DNA of 64,000 nt. It comes from a virus. The stretch lies in the IMG/VR virus record IMGVR_UViG_3300030098_003955. One strand, 5' to 3'. The position numbers were made by a program, and so were the translations under genes. A model generated the notes under the pieces. The model was not told the origin of the DNA. It worked only from the letters and a program-made list of their open reading frames with translations, and made no database searches. How positions within the stretch are numbered: the stretch's first letter is position 1; each line of letters starts with the position of its first letter. Shown here in pieces: positions 17,293 to 26,177 of this stretch.

Positions 17293-17321
17293 ACTTTGGA
17301 TTACACGCAGATCAGGCGTTT
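17282..17321 (-). ncRNA. single TIGR-like unit overlapping the tasR stop codon
   Basis: + strand AAACGCA-gtagactt-TGGATTACA-cgcagatc-AGGCGTTT; 6-bp closing stem. Confidence 0.7.
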
Positions 17322-17348
17322 CAAAACATTTTACAAGGACGTATAACA

Positions 17349-17558
17349 ATGTCAAACCCAAATATTGAATGGGACAGTGGCAAAGAGATGTTTATCGCTT
17401 GGGACGAAGCGTGTATGCCGATTGGCTACTATGACACGAGAGAAGAGGCAGAGCGTGAGTTTGAGGAATACTGCGCTCACCTCTTTCCTCCGTCAGAATA
17501 TCCAGAAATGCACAAGGGAAAATCAGATGTACGGAATGATAGCGATAGGTCTGACTAG
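17349..17558 (+). CDS. hypothetical protein
   Basis: AAGGA SD; WDE...G.YDTREEAE motif. Confidence 0.55.
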   Translation: MSNPNIEWDSGKEMFIAWDEACMPIGYYDTREEAEREFEEYCAHLFPPSEYPEMHKGKSDVRNDSDRSD

Positions 17559-17694
17559 CTTTTTGTACTTAATTGCATGTTGTTCATGCTTAAAGCAGAA
17601 AGACTACCCACACGCATTGATGTGGCTTTCGTACTCCACAGCCAACTTAGGCTTACTTTGGTTTGAATATAATAAGGTGAATGGTACTCAATGA
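17527..17694 (+). CDS. small membrane protein
   Basis: Two hydrophobic segments, W.SY..AN.GL. Confidence 0.55.
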   Translation: MYGMIAIGLTSFLYLIACCSCLKQKDYPHALMWLSYSTANLGLLWFEYNKVNGTQ

Positions 17695-18131
17695 GAGTTG
17701 CGGCAATATCAGGGTTCTTTAACCCACTACACATAGGCCATATAGACTACATATCTTCAGCCAGAAACATCGCAGACTACCTCATTGTAATAGTCAATAG
17801 CGACCGACAGGTTGAGATTAAAGGCTCAGTGCCTTTCATGAACCAAGATGAGCGACTAAAGATAGTAAGCAACATCAAAGGTGTCAGTAGAGCCGTCATC
17901 TCAATAGATGAAGACGGGACTGTATGCGAAACGCTAAGGCAAGAGTTTAAGAGACTTGAAAATGACCCATTCTTTGAAGAGATGGTGTTTTGTAATGGTG
18001 GCGACAGGAAAGAAGGAGGAGTCCCTGAAGACGTGTTGACCAGTGAGCTAGGTATGCGTATGGTTTACAATGTAGGTGGTGGCAAAACACAATCCTCAAG
18101 TTCGCTAATACAAAAGGCCGCAAACAAATGA
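17691..18131 (+). CDS. cytidylyltransferase-like (HIGH) protein
   Basis: SGFFNPLHIGH, NGGDR, GGGKTQSSS. Confidence 0.85.
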   Translation: MRVAAISGFFNPLHIGHIDYISSARNIADYLIVIVNSDRQVEIKGSVPFMNQDERLKIVSNIKGVSRAVISIDEDGTVCETLRQEFKRLENDPFFEEMVFCNGGDRKEGGVPEDVLTSELGMRMVYNVGGGKTQSSSSLIQKAANK

Positions 18132-18248
18132 ACGCTATCTATGCCGGACTAACCGCATGGGCAATCGAGCTAGGAATAGCTTTAACTATTTTGATGGTAC
18201 TTAGATCGGAAGAACAAAAGGTCTACCGAAGGAGACAGAAGAAAAAAC

Positions 18249-18650
18249 TTGAAGATGAAGAATTACGTGGCGATATTCAATGACGGCAACCTTACTCTTA
18301 AAGACTTCAAGCTAGAGTGCCGTGATGAGGGATGGTTGCCAATATGTGCATCCAGAAGTCTTCATGACAACTCGATTTCAATACCAGTATTCTCCTCAGA
18401 AGAAACCGCTCACAAATTCCTTTGCAGAAATTTTGATACAAAAAAATACGTTTGTGGCTTGATAAAATTATCAGATGATGATATTTTAGAAATGTCAAAC
18501 AGGGGTGTCTCTATCGAACGACTAAGTTTTGCTAAAAAGATCAGAGGACACAAAGACTTCGAGTTAGACGTATTTGTTTTTGAAGTGGATGAAAAACCAG
18601 AGTTAGATTCATATGGGAAAATTTTTGATGAACGTACAAGAGCATTTTAA
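18249..18650 (+). CDS. hypothetical protein
   Basis: ORF track. Confidence 0.55.
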   Translation: MKMKNYVAIFNDGNLTLKDFKLECRDEGWLPICASRSLHDNSISIPVFSSEETAHKFLCRNFDTKKYVCGLIKLSDDDILEMSNRGVSIERLSFAKKIRGHKDFELDVFVFEVDEKPELDSYGKIFDERTRAF

Positions 18651-18750
18651 GAAGATGTTAGTCACGATTGGTTGGTTTTCTACAGGAGCTTTGATTGCTA
18701 CAATCTCTTGCTGTCTGTATGAGTTTTTGATCGACGTGCTGGCTGGTTAA

Positions 18751-19059
18751 ATGAATTACACATACAAAGCAAAGTTAGTTCGTTGCGTTGATGGCGACAC
18801 GATGGATGTAGACGTTGATCTAGGGTTTCACTTAACTGCTAGAATCAGATGCAGGCTTCTTGGAGTCAATACTCCAGAACGAGGTAGACCAGACTTTGCA
18901 AGAGCTACACTCATGTTAGAAAATCTATTGCAGTCACAAGCAGACGAAGAAGGATTCTTCGTGATGAGGACAGGCAAGACTGGCAAGTTTGGAAGATGGC
19001 TTGCTGAAGTGAATGGAGTCAATTCAGTTTTGAAAGAACGGTGGCCTTATGAAAATTAA
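18751..19059 (+). CDS. SNase/thermonuclease-like protein
   Basis: RCVDGDT.DV.VDLGF, RLLGVNTPE, GKFGRWL. Confidence 0.8.
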   Translation: MNYTYKAKLVRCVDGDTMDVDVDLGFHLTARIRCRLLGVNTPERGRPDFARATLMLENLLQSQADEEGFFVMRTGKTGKFGRWLAEVNGVNSVLKERWPYEN

Positions 19060-19615
19060 AATTAACAGAGCTGCGAACAATGTATTGGAAGGTTGCAAGA
19101 TCATACTTAGGCAAATCATACTTGATGAGCCATGCCCAGATCGTGTTTGTATAAAACTACACAACATACTCTGTGAGCTTGATATGCTCAGACCAGACAT
19201 CAAAGAGTACGTAGATGACTATGACACAATGAATATAGATAAGATCAGGTCAACCGTCTCAAAAGCAAGGAAGTCGCCACACAAGAAAAGAAAAATACAC
19301 CGACTTCCAGACAAGCTAGTAGGCATCAGAAAAAAAGTAACAAAAGAACAAGACACATATATTATGTCTGTATGGGTCAACAAAGAGCTATTCCGAATGT
19401 TCTTCTGTGAAAGAAAGAACAAACTTGAAACTGTGTTTAGAAACTATAAAGAAGCCCTTCAGCAAGATGATTTAATTAAACAGGGAAAATCTAAAGTTTT
19501 ATTACCGACGGCCTTGAAATTAAAATCTATTTGTGAGACAATCGACGACAGACCAGCGGTTGCTTCACCATCATTAATTTCGGAAACAAGTAATGGAATA
19601 CTACGAAAACCATGA
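19049..19615 (+). CDS. hypothetical protein
   Basis: ORF track. Confidence 0.55.
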   Translation: MKIKINRAANNVLEGCKIILRQIILDEPCPDRVCIKLHNILCELDMLRPDIKEYVDDYDTMNIDKIRSTVSKARKSPHKKRKIHRLPDKLVGIRKKVTKEQDTYIMSVWVNKELFRMFFCERKNKLETVFRNYKEALQQDDLIKQGKSKVLLPTALKLKSICETIDDRPAVASPSLISETSNGILRKP

Positions 19616-19985
19616 TTTTCATGTGTCCGACATGGACTCATACTATTCGCCTAAGAGAATCAGGCCAAGAAGACTAAACTGTCAAAGGACACAAGACTTC
19701 ATGGAGGCGAGGATAAGAGTATTATCCAACCTGTATGCCGAGCTTATGCCTAGCTTCAAGACTGCAAGATATGAGTCTTTAGAAGGTGCGGGAGCTAGAA
19801 AGCAGACCAAAAACATAGATGTTCAAGAAAGCATATCGCCTTTTGATCTAGAATGTTTTGAAGATATAATGCCATCCCTTGAGGATTTTGGATTATTACC
19901 CGAAGAAGACCCGAAGATGACTTTGGAGGAAAGCCTGCGAATGTTATCAGAGGCTCAAAAAGATTACAAAGATTCCGAAGACTGA
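19593..19985 (+). CDS. hypothetical protein
   Basis: ORF track. Confidence 0.55.
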   Translation: MEYYENHDFHVSDMDSYYSPKRIRPRRLNCQRTQDFMEARIRVLSNLYAELMPSFKTARYESLEGAGARKQTKNIDVQESISPFDLECFEDIMPSLEDFGLLPEEDPKMTLEESLRMLSEAQKDYKDSED

Positions 19986-20154
19986 TACAGGAGTAAAAAA
20001 ATGTCTTTGTCAAAAGATGATCTAGCCAAAGGCTACCGTGAGACTGTGGTTCAAAAAATAACTGAAGTCGAGCAACAATTAGAAGCATTGAAACAACATT
20101 TATCCGAGTGCGACGCAGCACTCGAAAGTAACACTAACCAAGAAGAGGTTGAAA

Positions 20155-20556
20155 ATGATTAACAGTTTTGTTGGAACTGGCAGACTTACACAAGACCCAG
20201 ACTTTAAGGAAATCAAGGATACGCAGGTGTGTTCATTCACATACGCTATCAATGATCCTTACGACAAGGAAAACAAGTACACCTTGTTTATGCCTGTTGT
20301 GGTCTTTGGAAAGCAGGCAATTAATTGTTCCAAGTATCTGTCAAAGGGTTCTGAGGTTTCTATTCAGGGCAGGCTCCGCACAGAAAAGTGGCAGGCCAAA
20401 GATGGAAGCAATAGAACATCCATTAAACTAAAGGCTGATTTAGTTCAGTTTGGAGCAAAGCCTAGTGGTGAAGCGACTGCTTCCACTGCTAAGGTTAAAG
20501 AAGTTCCTACTGAAGTGAATTCAGATAACACTAGCGAATCTGAGATTCCATTCTAA
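20155..20556 (+). CDS. ssb: single-stranded DNA-binding protein
   Basis: GRLTQDP, YLSKGS.V.IQGRL.T..W...DG..R, acidic EIPF tail. Confidence 0.9.
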   Translation: MINSFVGTGRLTQDPDFKEIKDTQVCSFTYAINDPYDKENKYTLFMPVVVFGKQAINCSKYLSKGSEVSIQGRLRTEKWQAKDGSNRTSIKLKADLVQFGAKPSGEATASTAKVKEVPTEVNSDNTSESEIPF

Positions 20557-20569
20557 TAAGGAAAATGAA

Positions 20570-21121
20570 ATGAGTAAGGACAAACTCGTAATTAGTTTGT
20601 TGTTCTTCACAATGTTGAATTTATTGATTTTTCAACAGTGGAGACACTCATCCCTCGAAGAGAGGTATGAGATTGAAAAGATGCGTTCTGAAGTAAACAA
20701 TGAGTTCCTAGACGAGCTTGTTTGGATGCGACTCAACGACATCGAAAACTTGAGCAAGGATCATCTTGTTTCTCAGGGTCGGCTGGAAGGGCTAGTGAGC
20801 TACCTTTCCGAAGAGCCTAATGAACGCGATGCTATCAATCAACTGTGGCATGAAGGCTACATGAGAGGACTTGCTCAAACTGAGTGGGAACACGATGTAA
20901 TTTCTGAAACCCACTACAACAAAGGCTATCGTGAAGCTATTGAAAAGGCTTTTCCAGATGGTAATTATCCGACCTATGTGAACTATCCCCCAAAGGATGT
21001 TGACGGGTCAGCCATCGGTAAGCCGGAGTTTGACTCCTCGAAAGCAGGAGAAAAGCTCAATGGCAACAAGGAAGTCATCGACGCTCTGAACAAGAAAATT
21101 GATGAAATCCGCAGCGAGTAG
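20570..21121 (+). CDS. hypothetical protein with N-terminal TM/signal segment
   Basis: ORF track. Confidence 0.6.
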   Translation: MSKDKLVISLLFFTMLNLLIFQQWRHSSLEERYEIEKMRSEVNNEFLDELVWMRLNDIENLSKDHLVSQGRLEGLVSYLSEEPNERDAINQLWHEGYMRGLAQTEWEHDVISETHYNKGYREAIEKAFPDGNYPTYVNYPPKDVDGSAIGKPEFDSSKAGEKLNGNKEVIDALNKKIDEIRSE

Positions 21122-21129
21122 TCTGTAAG

Positions 21130-21162
21130 CAGGATGCCTCGCAAGGGGCATCCTGTTTTTTT
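21130..21162 (+). terminator. intrinsic terminator
   Basis: CAGGATGCCTC-GCAA-GGGGCATCCTG followed by T7. Confidence 0.85.
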
Positions 21163-21380
21163 ATGCCAAAACAAAATGAAGCCCATTAGCGTAGTTGCAT
21201 TCATGTCTTCTTATAATAAAAAAGATCGCAAGAAAAAGAAAAAAGAACTTCTCAGGCGAGAGAAAGCGGCTAGAAAAAGCCGATATACAAAGAGGATGAA
21301 TAGAGAAGAGAAGTTCTACGAAAAAGTACAACACATGAGCAGGCAGAGAGTCACGCCTATCAGAAAAGAGCAGGAAGAAG

Positions 21381-21620
21381 ATGGCTAAATACTATATTGA
21401 AAGCAAAGAAGTTAAGCAGGTTGTAGATTGCGACGATAAGAAAAAGGCCTGCATGAAAGCTATCAACATGACGGTCGAACAGACCGGTAAAAACCCAAAG
21501 ATAGGAATGATTTTCTTTATCAGTGAATATGGTTTTATTTCTGACAGAGAGGGCGAGGATAGGACGATTCACGATAGTGACTATATACTCGCAACCCAGA
21601 GGTTTTTAGGTCAACTGTAA
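21381..21620 (+). CDS. hypothetical protein
   Basis: ORF track. Confidence 0.55.
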   Translation: MAKYYIESKEVKQVVDCDDKKKACMKAINMTVEQTGKNPKIGMIFFISEYGFISDREGEDRTIHDSDYILATQRFLGQL

Positions 21621-21626
21621 TCATTT

Positions 21627-21698
21627 GGCCTGATAGTTAAACGGATATAACAACGGTCTTCTAAACCGTAGTTCGAGGTTCGATTCCTCGTCGGGCTA
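21627..21698 (+). tRNA. tRNA-Arg (TCT)
   Basis: GGCCTGA/TCGGGCT acceptor, ACGGT-CTTCTAA-ACCGT anticodon arm, GTTCGATTC T-loop. Confidence 0.92.
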
Positions 21699-21701
21699 CT
21701 T

Positions 21702-21809
21702 TAAGTTCGTGCTACACTAAAAATGATACCCACTCGAATAGTGCGCGGCTTATGTATATAATGATTACTGCCATACGGAACGTGAAAACCATTAACCTCC
21801 TTGCAGTAA
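21702..21809 (+). ncRNA. two TIGR-like units directly downstream of tRNA-Arg
   Basis: GCTA-cactaaaaa-TGATACCCA-ctcgaatag-TGC and TTACTGCCA-tacggaacg-TGAAAACCA-ttaacctcct-TGCAGTAA, each with a closing stem. Confidence 0.85.
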
Positions 21810-21816
21810 AGTTATC

Positions 21817-22038
21817 ATGAGTTATCAACAAAGTGCCATTGATTATCTTTGGCAAAAAGCTAGATCAGAACAAGCTAAGTCATTAGCTTCGCTCAAACTT
21901 CTTTTGGATCATCCAGCAGGCATCGGAGATCATTCAACAGAAGACTTGTATGCCAACCTAGACGAAGCTCTCAGTAATTTAGCTGATGCGGAAGACAGAC
22001 TGGAGACTCTCAGTAAATACTTCTCTCCAGACACATAA
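21817..22038 (+). CDS. conserved phage protein (P.GIGDH motif)
   Basis: ORF track. Confidence 0.65.
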   Translation: MSYQQSAIDYLWQKARSEQAKSLASLKLLLDHPAGIGDHSTEDLYANLDEALSNLADAEDRLETLSKYFSPDT

Positions 22039-22053
22039 GAGTACTTGTAGCAC

Positions 22054-22075
22054 TTGACACGCTCGTTATACTGAT
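22054..22075 (+). promoter_or_regulatory. TTGACA-N7-TATACTGAT motif, copy 4
   Basis: Intergenic. Confidence 0.55.
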
Positions 22076-22097
22076 ATGTGAAACTTTAGAATAAGGG

Positions 22098-22628
22098 GTG
22101 GTTATGTTTTGTGTTATATATTACGGAGAAGAGCCTAGCAGCGCTGAGTATCTCATGTGGGGGATAATCACGATATGTTCTCTGTACGGCTTCTTCGTCG
22201 GGTTTTATAAGTTCTTTTTTGCGTGCTTCTTTGAAGTAGACGAGGAGCAAGAATCAATCCCCGTGAATGTCCCTGTGACTACTTCAACGATAACCCCTCC
22301 TCCAGTCATAAAGCAGCCACCCAAACGAAAGCCAGTAGTCACGAAGCAAGACTGGGATGAGATTGTCCTGACGGCAATAGAGCAAGCCAAGAATGGGAAC
22401 GCCTCTGCAAGGAGCTTTCTGTTAAAGAATAATCTACTGCCTTCATCTCCAGCGCCAACCCAAGCTAAGAACAAAACGCCTAGCTCTGTGGTTAAAGATA
22501 CGGTAAATGGCTTGGTTAGCTTAGGCTATAGCAAAAGTGAAGCTACTTCTATGGTAACAAACGCCTGTAAGTCTAAGGTCTATAGCTCTGCCAGTGAACT
22601 GATTTCCGACATAATTAAATCACCGTAG
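22098..22628 (+). CDS. membrane-anchored protein with RuvA C-terminal-like domain
   Basis: N-terminal TM; C-terminal GLVSLGYSKSEA...ELISDII. Confidence 0.5.
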   Translation: MVMFCVIYYGEEPSSAEYLMWGIITICSLYGFFVGFYKFFFACFFEVDEEQESIPVNVPVTTSTITPPPVIKQPPKRKPVVTKQDWDEIVLTAIEQAKNGNASARSFLLKNNLLPSSPAPTQAKNKTPSSVVKDTVNGLVSLGYSKSEATSMVTNACKSKVYSSASELISDIIKSP

Positions 22629-22638
22629 GTGTATAATA
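22628..22638 (+). promoter_or_regulatory. GGTGTATAATA motif (putative phage middle/late promoter)
   Basis: Identical 11-mer at 30150, 31392, 39225, all upstream of gene starts. Confidence 0.6.
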
Positions 22639-22678
22639 ACTTGACAGCACGTCAATTTTATGTGAATTGGAGATAGAA

Positions 22679-23518
22679 ATGCCCTCACCGAGAAAAGGCG
22701 AGACAAAAAAAGACTTTGTTTCTAGGTGCATGAGTAGTGATAAAAGCGTAAAGAGCTTCCCAAATAGCCTCCAAAGAGTTGCTTTTTGTCATAGCCAGTT
22801 TGAGTCTAAAGGCAAGCACATCTTCAACAAGGCTGAGAGCGCTCATGATATTGACAGCATTAGGTATGAAGGCAATCCAAACTTCAAACAGCTTGACGAG
22901 ATGAAGGCGGCAATCCCAATGATTACTATTGATTGGGAAGACATACTGCCAGAACCTCCTGAGAATAGCAGTTCTGAAACAAAGAGAGACCTCAAATATC
23001 TGCAAGATAAAACCAGATCACTTTCGGAAAAAGAAGTTGACCTAGTAATGGACGTGGACGAGACTCCTGAAAACCTGTTTAAGGATTATTGTCAGCAAAA
23101 AGGTCTTACCTATCCAAGTGAGATGATTGAGGAGATTTTAGATCAGGCAGACACTGTGGTAACAACGCTGAAGTACAAACACAGAAGAGCAAGGCCAGAA
23201 CAAATAGCTCATAAGATGGGATATGTGGTTTCTGTAATCAGGACAAGGAGCCATCAAACGCCAGCGTATCCTTCAGGGCATCAAATGCACGGAACTATAA
23301 CTGGATTGGTTTTATCTGACATATACCCAGAACACACAAGAGCATTTGAGAGAATTGAAGACTTGTCTGGGTTAGCTAGAATTTTGCAGGGTGTACATTT
23401 CAAAGGAGATAATGACGCATCCAAAGCTCTCGGAAGAGAATTGTGGAAGAACATGAAGGAAAATATTTTGATTAGCAAATATGATCCTTTCACGAAATGG
23501 TTTGATAATGAACAGTAA
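22679..23518 (+). CDS. PAP2-superfamily phosphatase/haloperoxidase-like protein
   Basis: K....R.RP, PAYPSGH, ARILQGVHF..D motifs. Confidence 0.75.
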   Translation: MPSPRKGETKKDFVSRCMSSDKSVKSFPNSLQRVAFCHSQFESKGKHIFNKAESAHDIDSIRYEGNPNFKQLDEMKAAIPMITIDWEDILPEPPENSSSETKRDLKYLQDKTRSLSEKEVDLVMDVDETPENLFKDYCQQKGLTYPSEMIEEILDQADTVVTTLKYKHRRARPEQIAHKMGYVVSVIRTRSHQTPAYPSGHQMHGTITGLVLSDIYPEHTRAFERIEDLSGLARILQGVHFKGDNDASKALGRELWKNMKENILISKYDPFTKWFDNEQ

Positions 23519-23816
23519 CACATACCTTCCGCTTTGTTTATGCGCACTTTTGTTTTCCGCAGTCGTTGGTTTTGAAAACCAAAAACTAAAAAAGAAAGTA
23601 GCAACCCTTGAGTCTGAAGCAATCAACACCCAAGTCTACCTCAGCGATACAGCGATGAAACTTGAGATGTTTTTAAGCATGATAGAGGACGAGATGCACT
23701 CGTCAATTAGAAGGATAGCTAGACCCATAGCACGAGAAGAAGTGGTTAAAGGGCTGGAGATTTTGTCGGAAAATCTAGGAGAAATAAAGATCAATGGAGA
23801 GAAGTCGGGCGAATGA
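23481..23816 (+). CDS. membrane-anchored coiled-coil protein
   Basis: ORF track. Confidence 0.5.
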   Translation: MILSRNGLIMNSNTYLPLCLCALLFSAVVGFENQKLKKKVATLESEAINTQVYLSDTAMKLEMFLSMIEDEMHSSIRRIARPIAREEVVKGLEILSENLGEIKINGEKSGE

Positions 23817-24705
23817 CTGGATAGATTCTAGATTTCCTGAATCCTTATTCCAACCAGCAGAAAACCAGAGAGCCTCTTACAACAAGAGGCTCATATCTGG
23901 CTTCAAGACCGCAGAAAGATCTAATGTCATAATTTGCGGCATGTGTAGAGATATAGAAGATACTGCACATAAAACAATAGCTAGAATTGAAAGACTCTCT
24001 TCTTTCTTCAAATCATCATATGTAGTTATCTACGAAAATGATTCTACCGACAAAACGCCAGAAATCTTGAAGGATTGGCAAGAATCTAACAACTCAGTCA
24101 CTGTGTTTAGCGAGGTAATTGGAACAAAGAGACTTGAAGGCACTTCTGTCGAGAGGTGTCACACGATGATGGAGGCAAGAAACAAGCTACAAAGTGAAGT
24201 CAAAATACTTGAATCCTCGCTCTATTTAGACATAGACTTTGTAATCTTGGTAGATATGGATTTAGTGGGAGGTTGGAGCTATGAAGGCATACTGAATTCA
24301 CTGTCTTATACTCATTGGGATTTTATTGGTTCTAATGGACTACATTATGGAACAGTAAACAAAGAAGGCTTATTGACTAACAACTTACAAGAGATAGTTA
24401 GGATAGATAGAATTTTCTTTGACACATTTGCTTATAAAGATGTAGGAGAGACTGCTCAAGTCAGAAAGTCTAGCTCAGAAAAGAACAAAATAAGATTAGG
24501 AAGAGGAGAGGAGCCTTATAGAGTTGAATCATGTTTTGGAGGTTTAGGAATATACAGATGGAACGCCTATAAAATTGGTCGATATGATATGTACGCATGT
24601 GATCATGTATGTTTTAATGAAAGCATAGCAAGAGAAGGCTTTAACAGCATCTACATAAATCCAAGCATGATAACCCTATACACAGAGACTCCATATACAA
24701 AATGA
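23794..24705 (+). CDS. GT-A glycosyltransferase (CAP59-like)
   Basis: YENDSTDKT, RN, VDMD, V.SCFGGLGIY, CDHV. Confidence 0.7.
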   Translation: MERSRANDWIDSRFPESLFQPAENQRASYNKRLISGFKTAERSNVIICGMCRDIEDTAHKTIARIERLSSFFKSSYVVIYENDSTDKTPEILKDWQESNNSVTVFSEVIGTKRLEGTSVERCHTMMEARNKLQSEVKILESSLYLDIDFVILVDMDLVGGWSYEGILNSLSYTHWDFIGSNGLHYGTVNKEGLLTNNLQEIVRIDRIFFDTFAYKDVGETAQVRKSSSEKNKIRLGRGEEPYRVESCFGGLGIYRWNAYKIGRYDMYACDHVCFNESIAREGFNSIYINPSMITLYTETPYTK

Positions 24706-26177
24706 CAAGATGGTCAGAAATAGCTAAGAACAAATCCATTGATGATATTAAAGAGTGTATCTACTCTGGGTATAAATCAGGCAGGCCTTTTGAGGCAGAA
24801 AAGATTCACTTCATTAAGCCAAACAACAACTTGCAGGTCTTAGACTTTGGGTGCGGGCTAGGTAGAAATTTTAGAACTATTGGTGAGTTTGGAGAAATAG
24901 ATGCTTATGACTTACCAGAAATGATACAGAGACTGAATGAAACTGTATCTGCTAAAGTAGCAAGGTCGGTGTACAGCGACTTTGACAAACTAAAGCAAAA
25001 TAAGTATGACATAGGCTTTTGTATATTGTCATTACAGCAGTTTGAAGATGCAGAAGAATTAAAACAAAAGATCATAGACATCTCTAATATATGTTCATAC
25101 ATCTACATTGTTACCAGATCGTATATGGATAACCATCTCAAAAGCAATGTTATTAAAATAATAGATGATGCAGATGCCTTTGATCTAGTAATGTCAAACT
25201 TAAATCATTATGACTTCAAGAATAAGAAAGACGAGACTCACGGCCTTTTTATATATAAGTCAAAGAACTGTGAGGGTAGGCTAGACATTATTCCACCAAC
25301 TCTTGAAAATATAAAATCCAGTCATGGTGATTTTGTTTATGTGAGCTACGCCAGAGCAATACAAGATATAAAATATTTTTGTCAGAGCCTTAAAGACATA
25401 TCAGCCGTAGCAGGAATACCTAGAAGCGGGTGCTTTATCGCTTCTGTAATAGCGCACACCTTGAACATACCACTACTTTCACTTGAAGGACTTAGGTTTG
25501 GCTCTTCTTCGAGACCAAATGGTAGTAGACCTATAAATATAAAGTCTGGCAAAATTCTGATAGTTGACGACACATCGTCTTCAGGATCGTGCATGAAGTC
25601 CGTAAAAAAAATATTTGGAAATGATTTTTTATATGGCGCTTTGTATTGTTTAGAAGAACAAGTCAAAAACCTAGACAGATACTACTCAATAATTCCAACT
25701 GGCAACCATACTTTTGAGTGGAACTTTATGCGGGACATTTTGACAGCTCATTCAATGACAGATATGGATGGTGTTATTTGCGAAGACTGGATAGGTGTTC
25801 CCGAAGAATCCGGCGGAATTGTAAGAGAGGACTATCTACATTTTCTAGAAAACACGCAGCCCTTGTATTTACCAAAGTACCCTGTCTACAAGATAGTCAC
25901 AGCAAGACTAGAAAAGTTTAGGCGAGAGACCGAAGAGTGGCTTCGTAAACACAATGTACAGTATACTGAGTTAGTAATGAGTCCTTACGACACTGCCGAG
26001 GAAAGAATGGCTAATAACGGCTTTGGTGACTGGAAATCTTCTGTTTATAAATCTGACGATCATGCTAAAATATTTTATGAGAGTGAACACAATCAGGCTT
26101 TGTCTATATACTCTAATTCTGGCAAGCCTGTTTTTTGCACTGACACTCTGACTGCTTTTGGGGCTATGGAATTTTAA
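24702..26177 (+). CDS. multidomain SAM-methyltransferase / phosphoribosyltransferase / HAD-like protein
   Basis: LDFGCGLGR; GIPRSG and ILIVDDTSSSG (PRT loop); DMDGVIC..TAR (HAD). Confidence 0.7.
   Translation: MTRWSEIAKNKSIDDIKECIYSGYKSGRPFEAEKIHFIKPNNNLQVLDFGCGLGRNFRTIGEFGEIDAYDLPEMIQRLNETVSAKVARSVYSDFDKLKQNKYDIGFCILSLQQFEDAEELKQKIIDISNICSYIYIVTRSYMDNHLKSNVIKIIDDADAFDLVMSNLNHYDFKNKKDETHGLFIYKSKNCEGRLDIIPPTLENIKSSHGDFVYVSYARAIQDIKYFCQSLKDISAVAGIPRSGCFIASVIAHTLNIPLLSLEGLRFGSSSRPNGSRPINIKSGKILIVDDTSSSGSCMKSVKKIFGNDFLYGALYCLEEQVKNLDRYYSIIPTGNHTFEWNFMRDILTAHSMTDMDGVICEDWIGVPEESGGIVREDYLHFLENTQPLYLPKYPVYKIVTARLEKFRRETEEWLRKHNVQYTELVMSPYDTAEERMANNGFGDWKSSVYKSDDHAKIFYESEHNQALSIYSNSGKPVFCTDTLTAFGAMEF

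Noticed and set aside
21134-21388. ORF start at 21134
   Set aside because: Lies inside the terminator hairpin; any real ORF starts later (about 21203)
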